The notes beneath the pieces were generated by a model that was given only the letters and a program-made list of their open reading frames with translations, ran no database searches and was not told the DNA's origin. A program made the translations under genes and the position numbers. From NCBI GenBank assembly GCA_001662655.1, contig KV460251.1: a stretch of DNA of 64,000 bases, one strand, 5' to 3'. How positions within the stretch are numbered: the stretch's first letter is position 1; every line of letters starts with the position of its first letter. The DNA comes from Pseudogymnoascus verrucosus. Its lineage: Eukaryota. Below are positions 14,294 to 26,023 of this stretch, in pieces.

Positions 14294-14926
14294 TTTGCAT
14301 AGATATGTGTAAGATACCAGTGCTTGGCATAGCGCCGGCGTTATGATGAAGGCTACGAGAGGCCAGTATGAATGTATTAGCGTCATCCTACCAACAGTAC
14401 ACGTGCTCCAAATGGTGAAGTGGTGCAATGTATCAGATATTGAAAGCCATGACCTTTCAAGGTCGAAGGAAATTTCCAAGTTCTTGTGTTAGCAAAGGAG
14501 AGCTACTCCTTGTCGTCCGAAATCTGAAGACGGGTTGTGAATAACAACAACTATCACAGCACCTGTAAATAAGATAACGGCATTCAGTCACCCATGGCTG
14601 CAATCAACAAGCCAGTCACCCATATGCAGATATGAAGGGATGAGTTCTATCAGATTAAATAGTTGGTATGAATCCTCAACGACTATCACCAGCACATTAG
14701 ACAAATATAGTCACACATTCACGTAGCGAAACAAATGAATCAACCAAATTACTTCACGCTGAATGCTCATTCATACAATCACAATATTTGCTACATAACG
14801 CCTTGCTTGACGTCAATTGCTTGTTTTGCTTCTCATCCACTACATCAAGCTCCATCACTCACTGAAAACAAACATTCTTCTCAAACCACCCTCTACAAAC
14901 TGAAAATCACAAATACGTCTAAAGCC

Positions 14927-15760
14927 ATGAATGCAGGCCCATCATGGGATTTCCCACCCGATCGCCGGCCTCCATCTCCTCCACATACGCCTTCTTTGTC
15001 CCCAGGAGCTCACGCAGCGGAGGCGGCGTTGGAAAGGGAGAGGGAGTGGCAGAAAGAGGAGCGCAAAAGAAGAAGAGAGGAGAAACAGAGGATGAAAGAC
15101 GAGGCGCCGAGTCTCATGGAGAGGATGTGGAAATCAATGTTTGGAAACACCACGCGCAAGTCTAAAAGGAAAGGGAAGCAGCCAGAGAAAGGCACGAGGA
15201 AACCGAAGAAAACGCCACAAAAATGCAAGAGGGACGGTGGTGCAAACGAGAAAGAAAGCAAAAAGGCGAAAACAGCAAGTCCAAAGACCAAACCTGCAAG
15301 TCTAAAGAGCGCAGCAGCAAGTCTCAAAAGCAGAGCCGCCAGCCTCAAAAGCCGAGTTGAAAGCATCAAAAGCCGAGTCGCGAGCATCAAAAGCACCATC
15401 CGCCAAAAACTCGACGATGTCAAAGCCAAAATCAGAAAGAAACCAGACGTCACTAGTGATAACGACTCCCAAGACGACGCCGATGTCGATGAGCATGAGA
15501 TGAGCGGCGGCCTCGACAGTGAAACCGAACGCGGTAGGGGAGAATATGAAAGCGAGGATGATATGGTGAGGGACATCGACCCAGATAAGAGAAAAGAGCA
15601 GAGGAGACGGAGAAGAAGACAAGCCAGGCGAATAAGGAGGCGCAAGCGACAGAACAGAAGGGCGAAGAGGAGAGGGACGAGCGAGAGCGAGTCAAGTGAG
15701 AATTCGGAGTATTATGTAAGTTATGGACCAGTTGGTCGGTGGGGATGTCTTGTTATGTGA
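14927..15760 (+). CDS. Orphan Lys/Arg-rich protein with heptad repeat and C-terminal CaaX (CLVM)
   Basis: Single stop-free ORF, open from 14735; ATG 14927 has the better context (AAAGCCATG). Charged coiled-coil-like segments, five heptads (ASLKSxx) and C-terminus YYVSYGPVGRWGCLVM*. Confidence 0.65.
   Translation: MNAGPSWDFPPDRRPPSPPHTPSLSPGAHAAEAALEREREWQKEERKRRREEKQRMKDEAPSLMERMWKSMFGNTTRKSKRKGKQPEKGTRKPKKTPQKCKRDGGANEKESKKAKTASPKTKPASLKSAAASLKSRAASLKSRVESIKSRVASIKSTIRQKLDDVKAKIRKKPDVTSDNDSQDDADVDEHEMSGGLDSETERGRGEYESEDDMVRDIDPDKRKEQRRRRRRQARRIRRRKRQNRRAKRRGTSESESSENSEYYVSYGPVGRWGCLVM
15296..15400 (+). repeat. Coding tandem repeat, 5 x 21 nt (ASLKSAA/ASLKSRA/ASLKSRV/ESIKSRV/ASIKSTI)
   Basis: Directly visible 21-nt periodicity. 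Confidence 0.9.
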
Positions 15761-15916
15761 TATATATTCGCATCTGGCAGCCCTAGAAATTAGACGTGAC
15801 CGGCGCTGGTTATCGCTGGTTATCAAAAGTTCATTGTGCTGCAGGGAAGTCTGAAAATAGTCAGGGGGCGGGGTTGGATATCGATACTGCAATTTGATTT
15901 ATGAACAACCAGCTTA

Positions 15917-17030
15917 TTATCCTCCAGCATTCTCCGCAATTGCTATTAGTATGTCCAGTATCGTATGTCGAATCCGGTGCTCTGCTTCCAACGCAGCCCA
16001 GCATGATAGTACTACTGCCTCCTCAAAGATGTCGCCCGTGTGCGTCCCGGTTATGTTGCTGCCCGTTGTGTGATTGGGAGCCAATCTGACCCCTGGGGTA
16101 CTCTCGCCATCGAGGTCCTCCACAGTGCCGGTCTGTGGACGCTCGTACGCAGCGGGATATATCCGCAGTGTCCCAATGGGCCTCTTTTTGCCCTTCCTAT
16201 CCATTCCAGGGTCCGCGCTACGACCAAAGTGTTTCTTCTCATATGTAGCAATGAGAGCGTGATCGGAAGTCCTCACAAGCTTCAACAGTACCATGATCAG
16301 CGATCTGTCCCGTCATGCGGCATAATCACCCCTCTCAATAACCAAAAACAAACATCCACAACCCCCCAAACAAATATTAAAAAAATCCACTAACCTTCAT
16401 ATCATGACTATACCCCCTAACCCCCCTAAACCACGACCTAGCCATCTCCCTCGTCCCCGACCACCCATACCCCACCCCATCAAACACCCACCCCACCCTC
16501 CTCCCCACCCTCGGCCTCCTCTCCATGCACACCCCCAACACGAGTCCCAGCACCTCCACCTCCTCCATCTCCCTCACCGGGCGTTCCTTCATCCCAAACC
16601 AGCGTCTCCATTTCCTCTTCCTCGCTTCAGTCTTGCGTAAATGCTTAGCGGAGCGGTTATGCTCGACCTGCGCTACGCCGTCGCCGAGGGAGAGCGCCAG
16701 TTTGCTCCAGAAGGAGGTGAAGCGGAGGGAGCCGATGATGGGGGTTGTGGATAGGGTGGAGGTGGTGCTGGGGCTTTCGGCTTGGGGGGGGAGGGGGATG
16801 GGCCCGCGGTGGAGGAGGGGACGGGATTTGGATGCTGCGATGGCATATTCGGCGGGTGAGGTGGGGGAGCATTCAAAGGTAAAGATGCGTTTTTTGGAGT
16901 GCCGCAAGATCGTGAATGTTTTCTCAGGTGATGGAGCAGTGGTGGTTTCCGTCGCTATCGACGCGAGGTTGAGGTACTCTGACATCGCTGCGGATGGGGC
17001 AGTCTTTGTTTGGTCTTCTACCCTTACCAT
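15917..17030 (-). CDS. Fungal hypothetical protein, two exons
   Basis: ORF 16377-17030 joins ORF 15917-16294 via intron 16280-16394 (GTTAGT...GCTGAT...AAG), reading ...YGWSGTRE...HDMK|LVRTSDHALIATYE...IGTLRIY...EEAVVLSCWAALEAEHR. Confidence 0.7.
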
Positions 17031-17631
17031 TTAAGGCATTTCTCGATTGTTGTCTTACATATTGCGATTTAGAGAAGAAAGGAGGGAGATTATGAGGTTT
17101 TTAATAAGTCTCAATCACGGCCAGCTCAAGGTGCTGCCAAGTTGCACTGCCCGCCTGTCGCAGGTGGAGCTATCCCTGTCATTGCCGCGAGGGGGGGGAT
17201 TCCCATGTATAAATCCCCATGCTGGCAGGGTTCGTGACGTCTCGGTAGCGCATCGTACCCCTGGAAAAGGTTAGCTTCCAGAAGGAGGCGCTCGCGGGTT
17301 CGTGCCTAAATTGGAACAAATGAAATTTGACGGGTTGAGGAGGAGCGAATTATCATTGTTTGTTTGCCATCGTGGTAATGCTGGGGAATGAAAGGTATCT
17401 TCGTATGTAGCTAATAGTAGATGTCTCTTTTAACTTTATTTCTGGGTAACTGGGATACGGGTTGTGGCTTCGAGTGATTGGCTCGCGGATTATAGCTTTA
17501 AGTGATTGAGCAGCATGGTCTAGTACAGGACTTGTGAAACCATATATTCAAACTGGCATCGAGACCCAAGCTTCATATTTTATACAAACCAAGACAACTG
17601 CTCTAAGTGCAACATTATATACCCCCTTCCT

Positions 17632-20600
17632 CTACAACCCCCCCAACAACTCCTCAAGCGTAATCGGCTTCCTCACCGCATTTGAAAACCCCTCATGATA
17701 CGTAACCCAAACCTTATTCTCCCCCTCCTTCGGCACCCTCTGCGCATTCCCATCCGTCTCCCCCAGTGGCCCAGCCCTAACACTCAGCACCCTGCCAAAG
17801 AAATCCTTCTTCACCTTCAGCGGATTCTCATCCGTATCCACCGGCATCGGTTTCTCGCCATACCCAGTTTTAAAAGTATACGTCGTATCCTCGCCGAGCA
17901 GATTGCCCTCCTTGAACCGCATCTGTCGCGCGGCGGTGGCCATGAGTTTCATGGCTTTTTGGTATTCCTGGTCGAGAACTTGGCGGACGGCGTAGCGGAT
18001 CGGGGCGGCGGACAGGGACGATTCGGCGCCGGCGGTGGGGTAGTCGACGAGTGTATCCAAGGGCCTGGAAATAATTAGTCAAAATACCGCTAGAAATGGA
18101 TCGAGGGAAAACTTACGGCTCCATCCTGTACACCCACTGCGTGACTCTACTCCCAAAATCTCCCTCTAGCTTGCCGCGCTGGTAGGTGACGCCGATGGAA
18201 GCCATGACTTCCGCAGCGCGCTTTACCATCTCGCGTTCGCCTTCTTTTCTGACACTCGCGATGCCCTTGGAATCGCCACTGCCGCCGACGACGACTGGTT
18301 TTACATCTGGGCTGAGAATTCGAATTAAGTAGGGCAGTAAGTCTGTTGCCATATCCTCCGGGCTCCTAAATGATCGGAGTAGAGTTGCATTCTGCTCTCT
18401 GAAGAGATGATGCTCATCGCGCAAACTGTCTTGCAGTTCGACCAACATTGCACGATTCAGCTTCTTCGCCTCAGTCGCCTCATAGTCTGCTCTGGGGCCA
18501 GTAAATGGGATTTCCACCTCCGCCGCACCATCGTCATCCGTTCTCTTCTTCTCATATTCTTGAACAGGCCGTCTCGTCGAGCTTGCGAATAGGTTATGAC
18601 ATGCCAGAATAGGCTGGCTGAGGTAAGGCATCAACTCCCAGCTCTGCTCCTGATACACCCCCTTACTGCACGCGTTGTAGAAGTGGAACCACTCATGCGC
18701 TGCGTCTGGTTTCGAAAGTATCGAGTCGTCGTTGAATGGTTGCGTTGGGTATGTGCTGAAGATATCGCTCATGATGCGATCAGACTCATCACTCGTATCA
18801 ATCATCTCGCGAATCCGTTCCATGCCGGCCTTCTTCGCAACTTCAGCAGTGTGAAGTCTCTCACGAGGCATATTCGCATCCTTAGGCCCCACGGAAACGT
18901 TCGCAGACATGGTAGGTTTGGGGAACCCTGCACCCATAAGGAAGACGCGAGAAACAATTTCTTTCGCCCCGCCGCATACAACACCGCGAGTTCCCCCGCC
19001 GCCATACCCTAGCATGCTAGCCATATTGGCCTCAACCCATTTCTTGGTCAGTTTTGGCCTGCTGCTGGTGTCGGTTTTCAGTTTCCTGGCTACCCATTCT
19101 CCAACGACGAGGACGCTGCGAAGATCACCTTCTGTGCCTGAGGATTCGAACTTGGCTTCGGGTCCGGATGACAGGCCCCATGTTGCTTCGCAGAGCCTGC
19201 GAACGCCATCAGCTTCACAAGCAACACCTTCCTTCTCAAAAACGTGTTTCATGCGTGCAGTAACCGCGTCAATGGGCGGTTTCCGGATGTGGATCACTTC
19301 CGCGAAGGAGGACTGGCGAAGTTGTCTGAGTGAAGGATGATAGACGTCGTTGCAGATAAGGATCATTGGCCGCAAAAGGCGGAAGAAATCGTCTTCCTTC
19401 TTCTTCCTGCCTGGTTTGGCCATTGTAGCCCCAGGTACAGCATTCTTTGCGTCTAACTGAACCAAATCGATCAACGCCCTGATGAAGCCGCCCTCCCCTG
19501 AGCCGCCTGACCCACCTACAACCCCATCGACCTCATCAACTACCACACAAACAGGCCGAACTGGTTTGGGTTTGTGGCCATCCTTTGGTTTTGCGCCAAC
19601 GTTCTTGACACTTTCTGTGCCAACGCTCGTACGTATTCTACCCTTGACCACATTTGCGCTTCGGTCATCACTGGCGTTGATCTCCATAATCTCGTAGCCG
19701 GCTTGCATGGCGCAGACATGGGCCAGCGTAGTCTTACCGAGACCCGGTGGCCCGGTAAGGAGAAGAATCTTTCGGTGTGGCTTCTCTTCCTGCTCGCCGT
19801 CCATTCCAGGTTTCTTAGACAAAACTGACTTTGGCTTTCCCGATCGAGGGAACACAATGGGATCCCACCCTTTAAGCCAACGTAGAACGTCCCGATGTGT
19901 TCTGTCATCGCCGACAAGGTCGAAAAATCGGCGTGCGCGGTACTTCTCTGTCCACATTGGCGTCCGCCGTGTCCTAGTATGGTACACGGGTTCGACGGAT
20001 GGCAGTGGGACTTCTGGCGCAACAGGCTTTTCCTTTTTCTTCTGTTTAATTTCCTTTGTGGCATCTTCAACCAACTGGTGTATGTCTATTCCGTAGTAGC
20101 TCTTCTTTGCCCTTCCAGCTTTTGTCGTTGACCTTGCTGCAACCATTTCTTCATAAGGCACAGCAACAGTCTTCTGTCTCTGCTTTATGTTGAGCATTTT
20201 GCCAGAGCAGGTGTAACCCTCTTTCAGGCCAGCGGACTTGCGTAAGAAGGACGGCATAATTGGTGAATACGATTGTTCATGGTCCTTATTTAAGACTGGT
20301 GCATTGAAAATATCCATATGCGCCTGATAACCCGTAGATGCTCCAACTGGTTCTCTATTGTCGCCCTCTGTTATCTCAGCGAGAGAATTCGGTAGTAGCT
20401 TGTCTGCATCAAGCATACGTCGCTTTGCCGCGGGCTCATCAATCCGAAAGTCATCCTCCTCGTCATCCGAATCGCCATCAACAAAGGCTCCGAGGTTCTT
20501 AGGCCGGCTTGTAGGTGCTGGGGCAGGTAGAGGCCGTTTGGCGGCAGGAGGTGAAGATGTCTGGGGACACGCCGCCGGCGAAGACAGTAAAGAGGGCATC

Positions 20601-20969
20601 TTGGCCAATTTCAGGGGTGACGACGATTGTATGATCTCGGCAGTGTTCTTTATGATTCGGGATTGCACTGGTGTTACTGTTTGGTATAAGCATTTACTTC
20701 AACCCTTGAACTGCGGAATTGCTACCAAGCGGATAGTCCTGGTCGCTGAGGAAGACCTCTTCAAGCTTCCATGAACGGTGTTGAATAACCTGTCGTCGCT
20801 GTGTTTTAAATGCCGTGGTTTCCTCCTGTAGCAATTGTAGGGCCTCGAGCTCGTCGGAGTGAGTACTGGGCGGGAGGACGGCTGTATTATAATTGTCGAG
20901 CTCCCAATCGTCGTAGGCTGGAGGATCAGAAGTAGTCGGCAAGAAAGGAGAAGACGGATAGCAGTCCAT
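17632..20969 (-). CDS. CTF18: Chromosome transmission fidelity protein 18 (alternative RFC clamp-loader large subunit)
   Basis: WTEKYR, Walker A GPPGLGKTT, EINASDDR, VVDEVDG, RPMILICND and C-terminal VWVTYHEGFSNAVRKPITL. Probable introns 20677-20725 and ~18066-18117. Confidence 0.95.
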
Positions 20970-21108
20970 TAAACGGTATTCGTAGCTATCATCATTATTA
21001 TTGTCGTCGTTGCTCGTTGATCACTGCCTGTTCCCAGAGACAGAGTTTGGTTTGGTTAAAATGGACTGGACCCTTGGCTTTCCCACACACACATATCATA
21101 TCTCTAGA

Positions 21109-21124
21109 ACGCGTCTCGACGCGA
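21109..21124. promoter_or_regulatory. Tandem MCB-like boxes (ACGCGT, ACGCGA) upstream of CTF18
   Basis: ACGCGT at 21109-21114 and ACGCGA at 21119-21124, ~140 bp upstream of the CTF18 ATG. MCB elements are known G1/S elements of DNA replication genes. Confidence 0.55.
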
Positions 21125-21535
21125 CTTGTGTAGAGTGACTTTCGCGTCTTGGAGTAATTGAGCGGCGGAGCGGGGTGTAGTGGGGTGGGGTGGAGAGGAG
21201 CGGAGCGGAGCGGGGCGGAAAAGAAAGAGGGAAACCTCACAGCACAGCAAATAAAAGCCCCACCCAATAGAGTTAGGGGCCAAAGAAAAGAGTGGACAAG
21301 ACTTTCCGCCCCGCCTTCTCCTCACTTCAACTTTCCTGGGCATTTTTGTGTTTTGTGTGTGTGATCCATATGTGCATGTGCGGCCTACGTACTCCATACT
21401 TCTGCATACCTCCGCACACCTTTCACAGTATTCCCGATCAATGTCCGAATGCAAGTCCTTATTCCCATCAACCATTTCCTCTAAAAGCCTATAGCCAAGC
21501 TTCAGCTAAGGAGATCCCCTTAATTATCCTTATTT

Positions 21536-23808
21536 ATGGAACATTTTGTACCAATACCGTATCCTACCCCGGAAAGTGGCAACAGTGTTCCCGACAGGCC
21601 CGATTATCAGCAAGGGGCCGCGCAAGTCGATGATTCTCAGTCGGAGCATGCCAAAAAGAGACAGAAGAGGAATAAGCCGACTTTATCATGTGAGGAGTGT
21701 GTTGGGAGGAAGACCAAGGTTTGTAGTATTTATTTTTATTTCATGCGAGTCCTCATCTGTTGCCTCGGAGTCAGGTGGCGCAAGCCGGGTTCTTTTTCAG
21801 CGGTCGGAGCTTGTCGGAATCTATCGTCGCTGTATCAGTATCATTCAATTTCTATAAGAGCGCTTCATATATGAGAACCCTTTCATGCTCGTATCCATGG
21901 ATTGGTAATACAGACCCATAGTCTGGTTCCATTGGATGAGTGCGTTCGATGTATAGGTCGATGTCGATGTCTCGTTTCGTTTTGTGGCGACAGCGTGCCA
22001 ATGGCATATTCGACAATTAGCTAACTTCTCCGTTCACAGTGCGATAGGGGGCGCCCTCATTGCTTAGCATGTAAGATTCTCTTCCCCAGGTTCTCACGTG
22101 CCAGATTCTAATACCATGTTTCAGGTCTTAAGCGGCAGACAGAATGTCAATATGACCGCATGGCAAATGTTCTCGAGTAAGTTGCTCGTCAGCTTCGTAA
22201 TGATATACGAGGCATAAATGCTTTGGACGTGGCTAAATCAACTGCAGAGAGACGAATCGTTCGGCGACTGATTCCCGCCGCATGACAATCCCCCCGAAAC
22301 GGAGGCTTCCACAACAGATCCACAATGGTGCCAACCAGCCTTCACCCAAACTTGCCATTCATCCCATAGAACAGAACATCTCGCGGACGTCGATGAACTC
22401 CCCAACCGGTGCCCTTCCAGATGTGCCAAACACCAACCAACCGGCATCAGCATCCAATGTTTTCGGCATAGGCTCTGAACACCCCTTCGCAAATTACTGG
22501 ACCTGTCAAGGAGGTCTAGCAGAAGTGATCTCAGTACTCCCCGAGAAGATCCAGGCAGACATGCTATTGGAGCGCTACTTCGACATCGTTGATTGCGTCT
22601 ACCCATACATCCACCGCCAGACCTTCTACGCCGACTACTCCCATTTCTGGTCTCTCTCCACCACCGACAAAGCCAACTCCGACGCCGCCCTAATAGCCCT
22701 CATCTTCTCCATGCTAGCAATGGGCACTCAATTCGTCTCCGCGCACTCCTCAACCACCAAACAAACCGCCGAATTCTACGTCTCCGCCGCCCACCAAGCT
22801 TTACGAATGTCTTCCTACCTCAACAAAACCTCTATCCGCTCCATCCAATCCATGGTCCTAATCGTCTACTTCCTCATCAACGACAACCACGCCTCCGACG
22901 GCTGGGCCTTCGCCGGCATCCTAATCCGACAAGCCTACGCCATGGGTCTCCACCGGGACCCCAACATCGTCTGCCCGCACGCCACAACCTTCGAAAAGCA
23001 ACAGCGCCGCAAACTCTGGCAAGCCGTCCTCTTCCAAGACACCTTCCTCACCGTCCTCCTCTCCCTCCCCCCAAGCGCAACACACACCGACGTCTCAGTC
23101 GCCGACCTCGTCGACGACGCATCCTCCATCGCCTCCTCCTCCCCCACAGACGTAGCCTACATCCGCGGCTGCTGGACCCTCGCCAACCTCGTCCAAGAAT
23201 CCATCTGTTCCCCCCGCTCCCTCAGCCTCCCCATCGCCTCCACCCCGCGCCACAAATCCACACTCCTCGCCTCCTTCCGCGCCGTCTACCGGAGTTTTCC
23301 CGACCAATTCCGCTGCTGGGATTCATCTTCCATCGCGCACCTTGCCCTGACGAATAAGCGGTTAGTGCGGCAGACGCTGTTTTTAACAAGCAATTATTGG
23401 CATAATGTCATGTTACTGCATAGTTCGGAGAGTAAGGAGGTCCCGATGAATGTTAAGGGCACGCTGGAGGCGGCGCATGAGGCGATTAGTGCGTTTTTCC
23501 TGCTGGTGGAGGTGTTTGGAGAGGAGGCGAGGGTGTGGTGGGTGTTTTGCCATAGGGCGTTTTTGGAGAGTGTGTGTATGGGGAATATATTGAGGGAGCA
23601 GAAGATTCATGTTGATAGTGGGGATAGTGGGATGTTTGCGAGGGCTAGGGGGGATATAAGTAAGTTACATACTCCATGCACATTGTACAGATACTAACAG
23701 ACCTCCTTTTTAGCAAAAATGATCGACATAATGACTAATATGTCCGAAGGCGAGAATGGCTGCGAGGTAGCTAGAACACGCGTTTCTGCGTTAAGCAACT
23801 ACGTATAG
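21536..23808 (+). CDS. Zn(II)2Cys6 transcription factor with fungal-specific TF (middle homology) domain
   Basis: Zn cluster split over exons: SCEECVGRKTK|CDRGRPHCLAC|LKRQTECQY (introns 21719-22039, ~22071-22125, ~22177-22247). Fungal_trans motif AYAMGLHRDP...RRKLW. Last intron ~23660-23713; TAG at 23806-23808. Confidence 0.92.
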
Positions 23809-24014
23809 TGGGGTTGGGTCACATTGGTGGTTTTTGATTGTTGTTATTTAGCGTAGTTTGATACCTATCCCATCTTGTTTACTACTCTCAGCTATCGTAC
23901 CTAGTAGAATCCTCCGCGTCTTCTCTGTGCTTTTGCAACCATATCCCCCCATCCATATTCTCTGATCTTGAGTCATTACGCATCTATAGGTCCGGCATAG
24001 TCATGGCACCTCTC

Positions 24015-24110
24015 CCCCCCTTTCAGTCAGCCACAATACCACCCCCCCCCCCCCCCCCCACCACCACCCCCACCCACCCCCCCACAATACCCCCCCCCCC
24101 CCCCCCTACT
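24015..24110. repeat. Poly-C / CCA low-complexity tract with duplicated CCACAATAC(C)n
   Basis: Long C runs of ~17-18 nt between two convergent gene ends; CCACAATAC occurs twice, each followed by a C run. Confidence 0.85.
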
Positions 24111-24181
24111 ATCCTAGACCTCACTCCCAACCACCTCACCACATAAACTCTGTCTCTCTCCACACCCCCTCACTCCCCAAA

Positions 24182-26023
24182 TCACTCATTCCTCCTCCCA
24201 CTCCCACCCCCCGAAAACCTCCTAAACCAGCTCCCAAACGTCCCCGCAATGCTATTCGAGCTATTATTGCTATGATCCGATCCCGGCCTCCCTCTCTCAC
24301 CACTCCTATCCAGTTGCGGCGCGCTCCTCTCGTGAATTCTACTCCTCTCCCTCTCAAGCTCACGCTCCTGGTCTCTCCTACCCGTGCTCCCCGCATCCGT
24401 ATCCGATTCCTCGCGGCGGAAACTCGTATTTCGATTGCTTGAGCTTGAGAATGCCCCGGGAACATGTGATGGTGGCGAAGCAGAGCGTTCACGTCGCAAG
24501 CTGGGGTTCATTCTGAGACCGGCATAATCTACGCCTCGGTTTTGTTCAGGTTCGCGACCGGCAGCTTGGCGGATCGAGGCAAGGCGGGTTTCGTTGATGC
24601 TCGGTCTGCGCCTGAGAAAGGTGGAGCGGCGAGCATATGGCGATTGACCTTCCACACCTTCAAATGGGTCTGGGCTATTCTGTCCGCCTGGGTTTGGAGG
24701 GCTTGTTGGGGGGGTGGTTCCTGCTGGTACGGCAGTTCCGTCTCTAGCCACACCAGTTCGGCAGATGGGGCAGGTGTTGTGCTCGCTCAGCCAGGCTTTG
24801 ACACAGGTTTCGTGGAACCAGTGACTACATGGTAGTGACACCACCTCCTCGTCGAGAACCACGTCGTCCATACATACGCTGCACTCAGCCTTGCCTTCCG
24901 GTCCCAGCATCTCCTTATCGATCTTCTTCTTCGGCAGTGCGGCGATCGCCTCTGCTGGTGCTGGGCCAGGTGCGTTGCTTGTAGGGTGTTGTTCCATCAA
25001 TGTCGAGATGATTCGATCAAGTGCTTCTTGGCTATATACAGCGTCCCCAGAAACTGCATTGGCGGGGTTGAGAAGGCCGGCGAAGAGACCATGAAGGCCG
25101 CCTAGCGGATTCTGCGCATTGGCATCGCCACCGTTTGCGCCCGGAGGCTGCAAGACGAGCATTAGATCACGCAGGATCCTGGGTGCTTCGTTAGGACGAC
25201 CTTGCAAAACGAGGATAAGGACGGCGGGTGGACGCTGGGAGGGAGGAGCGTACGTGGTTAAGTCTTGCTCTTGCGGCCCCTGCTGGCCCTGTTCTTCGCC
25301 ACCACCATTGAAGGTGCGAGGTTGCCCGCCAAACTGAAATGTCATTCGTGTGCCCCAGACTCGGGGTTGAGGGCCAGGGCGATAGTCTCCCCAGCTGGGT
25401 GGCGCGGAAGGGGGTGGCCCGGCTGGTTCACCATCCTCTTCACCAGGGCGCGGCCCAGGAGGTCCGAATGGGGATCCGGGGTATTCGCCTTGTGGGCCAG
25501 TTACACGTGTGTTTGGTCCGAGTATACCACTTATTATTCCTTCAAAGTCTCGTAGGGTTTGTGATGCGGGGTCATCGGGGTTGGGTGGTTGGCGAGAGCT
25601 TCCAGATGCAAAGACTTCGTGGGGAGAACCTCTGAATGTCCTCGATATGAAGGTTGTTCTACCTCCCTGTGGGTTGTCTCTGATAAACTCGCGAATATCG
25701 CCCTCTTCTGGGTCAGAGTCATTGTGGTGTTCCCAAGGATCGTGCTCTCTAAGGCCTCGAAGCTCGTCCGCAGATAATGGAGTTGGTAACTCTGGTCGCC
25801 GTGGGTCGTTCTGCGCTGAGATCTAAGTAAGGTTAGTGTAAATTCCCGTGCCTCGCCGTGTGGAAAGATGCCATACGATTTCCGTGATCTCACTATCGCA
25901 TCTTGGGCAGACAAGCCCACTTTCGTCGCGATACCAGTCGTTCTCGCAATTGTGGCAATATACTACCTCTCTGGGTCCGCCGGCATCCAGGCGTCGCCTC
26001 TGCTCTTGAGGTTGGTCCGCCAT
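24182..26023 (-). CDS. RING-H2 E3 ubiquitin ligase with N-terminal zinc ribbon (RNF115/RNF126-like)
   Basis: Exon 1 MADQ...VYCHNCENDW...CPRCDSEITEI; intron 25823-25876; probable in-frame intron 25179-25253. GDAVYSQEALDRIISTLME and RING CSVC...LPCSHWFHETCVKAWL...CPICR. Confidence 0.9.

Noticed and set aside
15010..15645. 211-aa hydrophobic minus-strand ORF
   Set aside because: Antisense mirror of the Lys/Arg/Glu-rich plus-strand ORF.
22593..23357. 254-aa Arg/Pro/His-rich alternative-frame ORF in the TF gene
   Set aside because: By-product of extreme C bias at third positions, which removes stops from the shifted frame.
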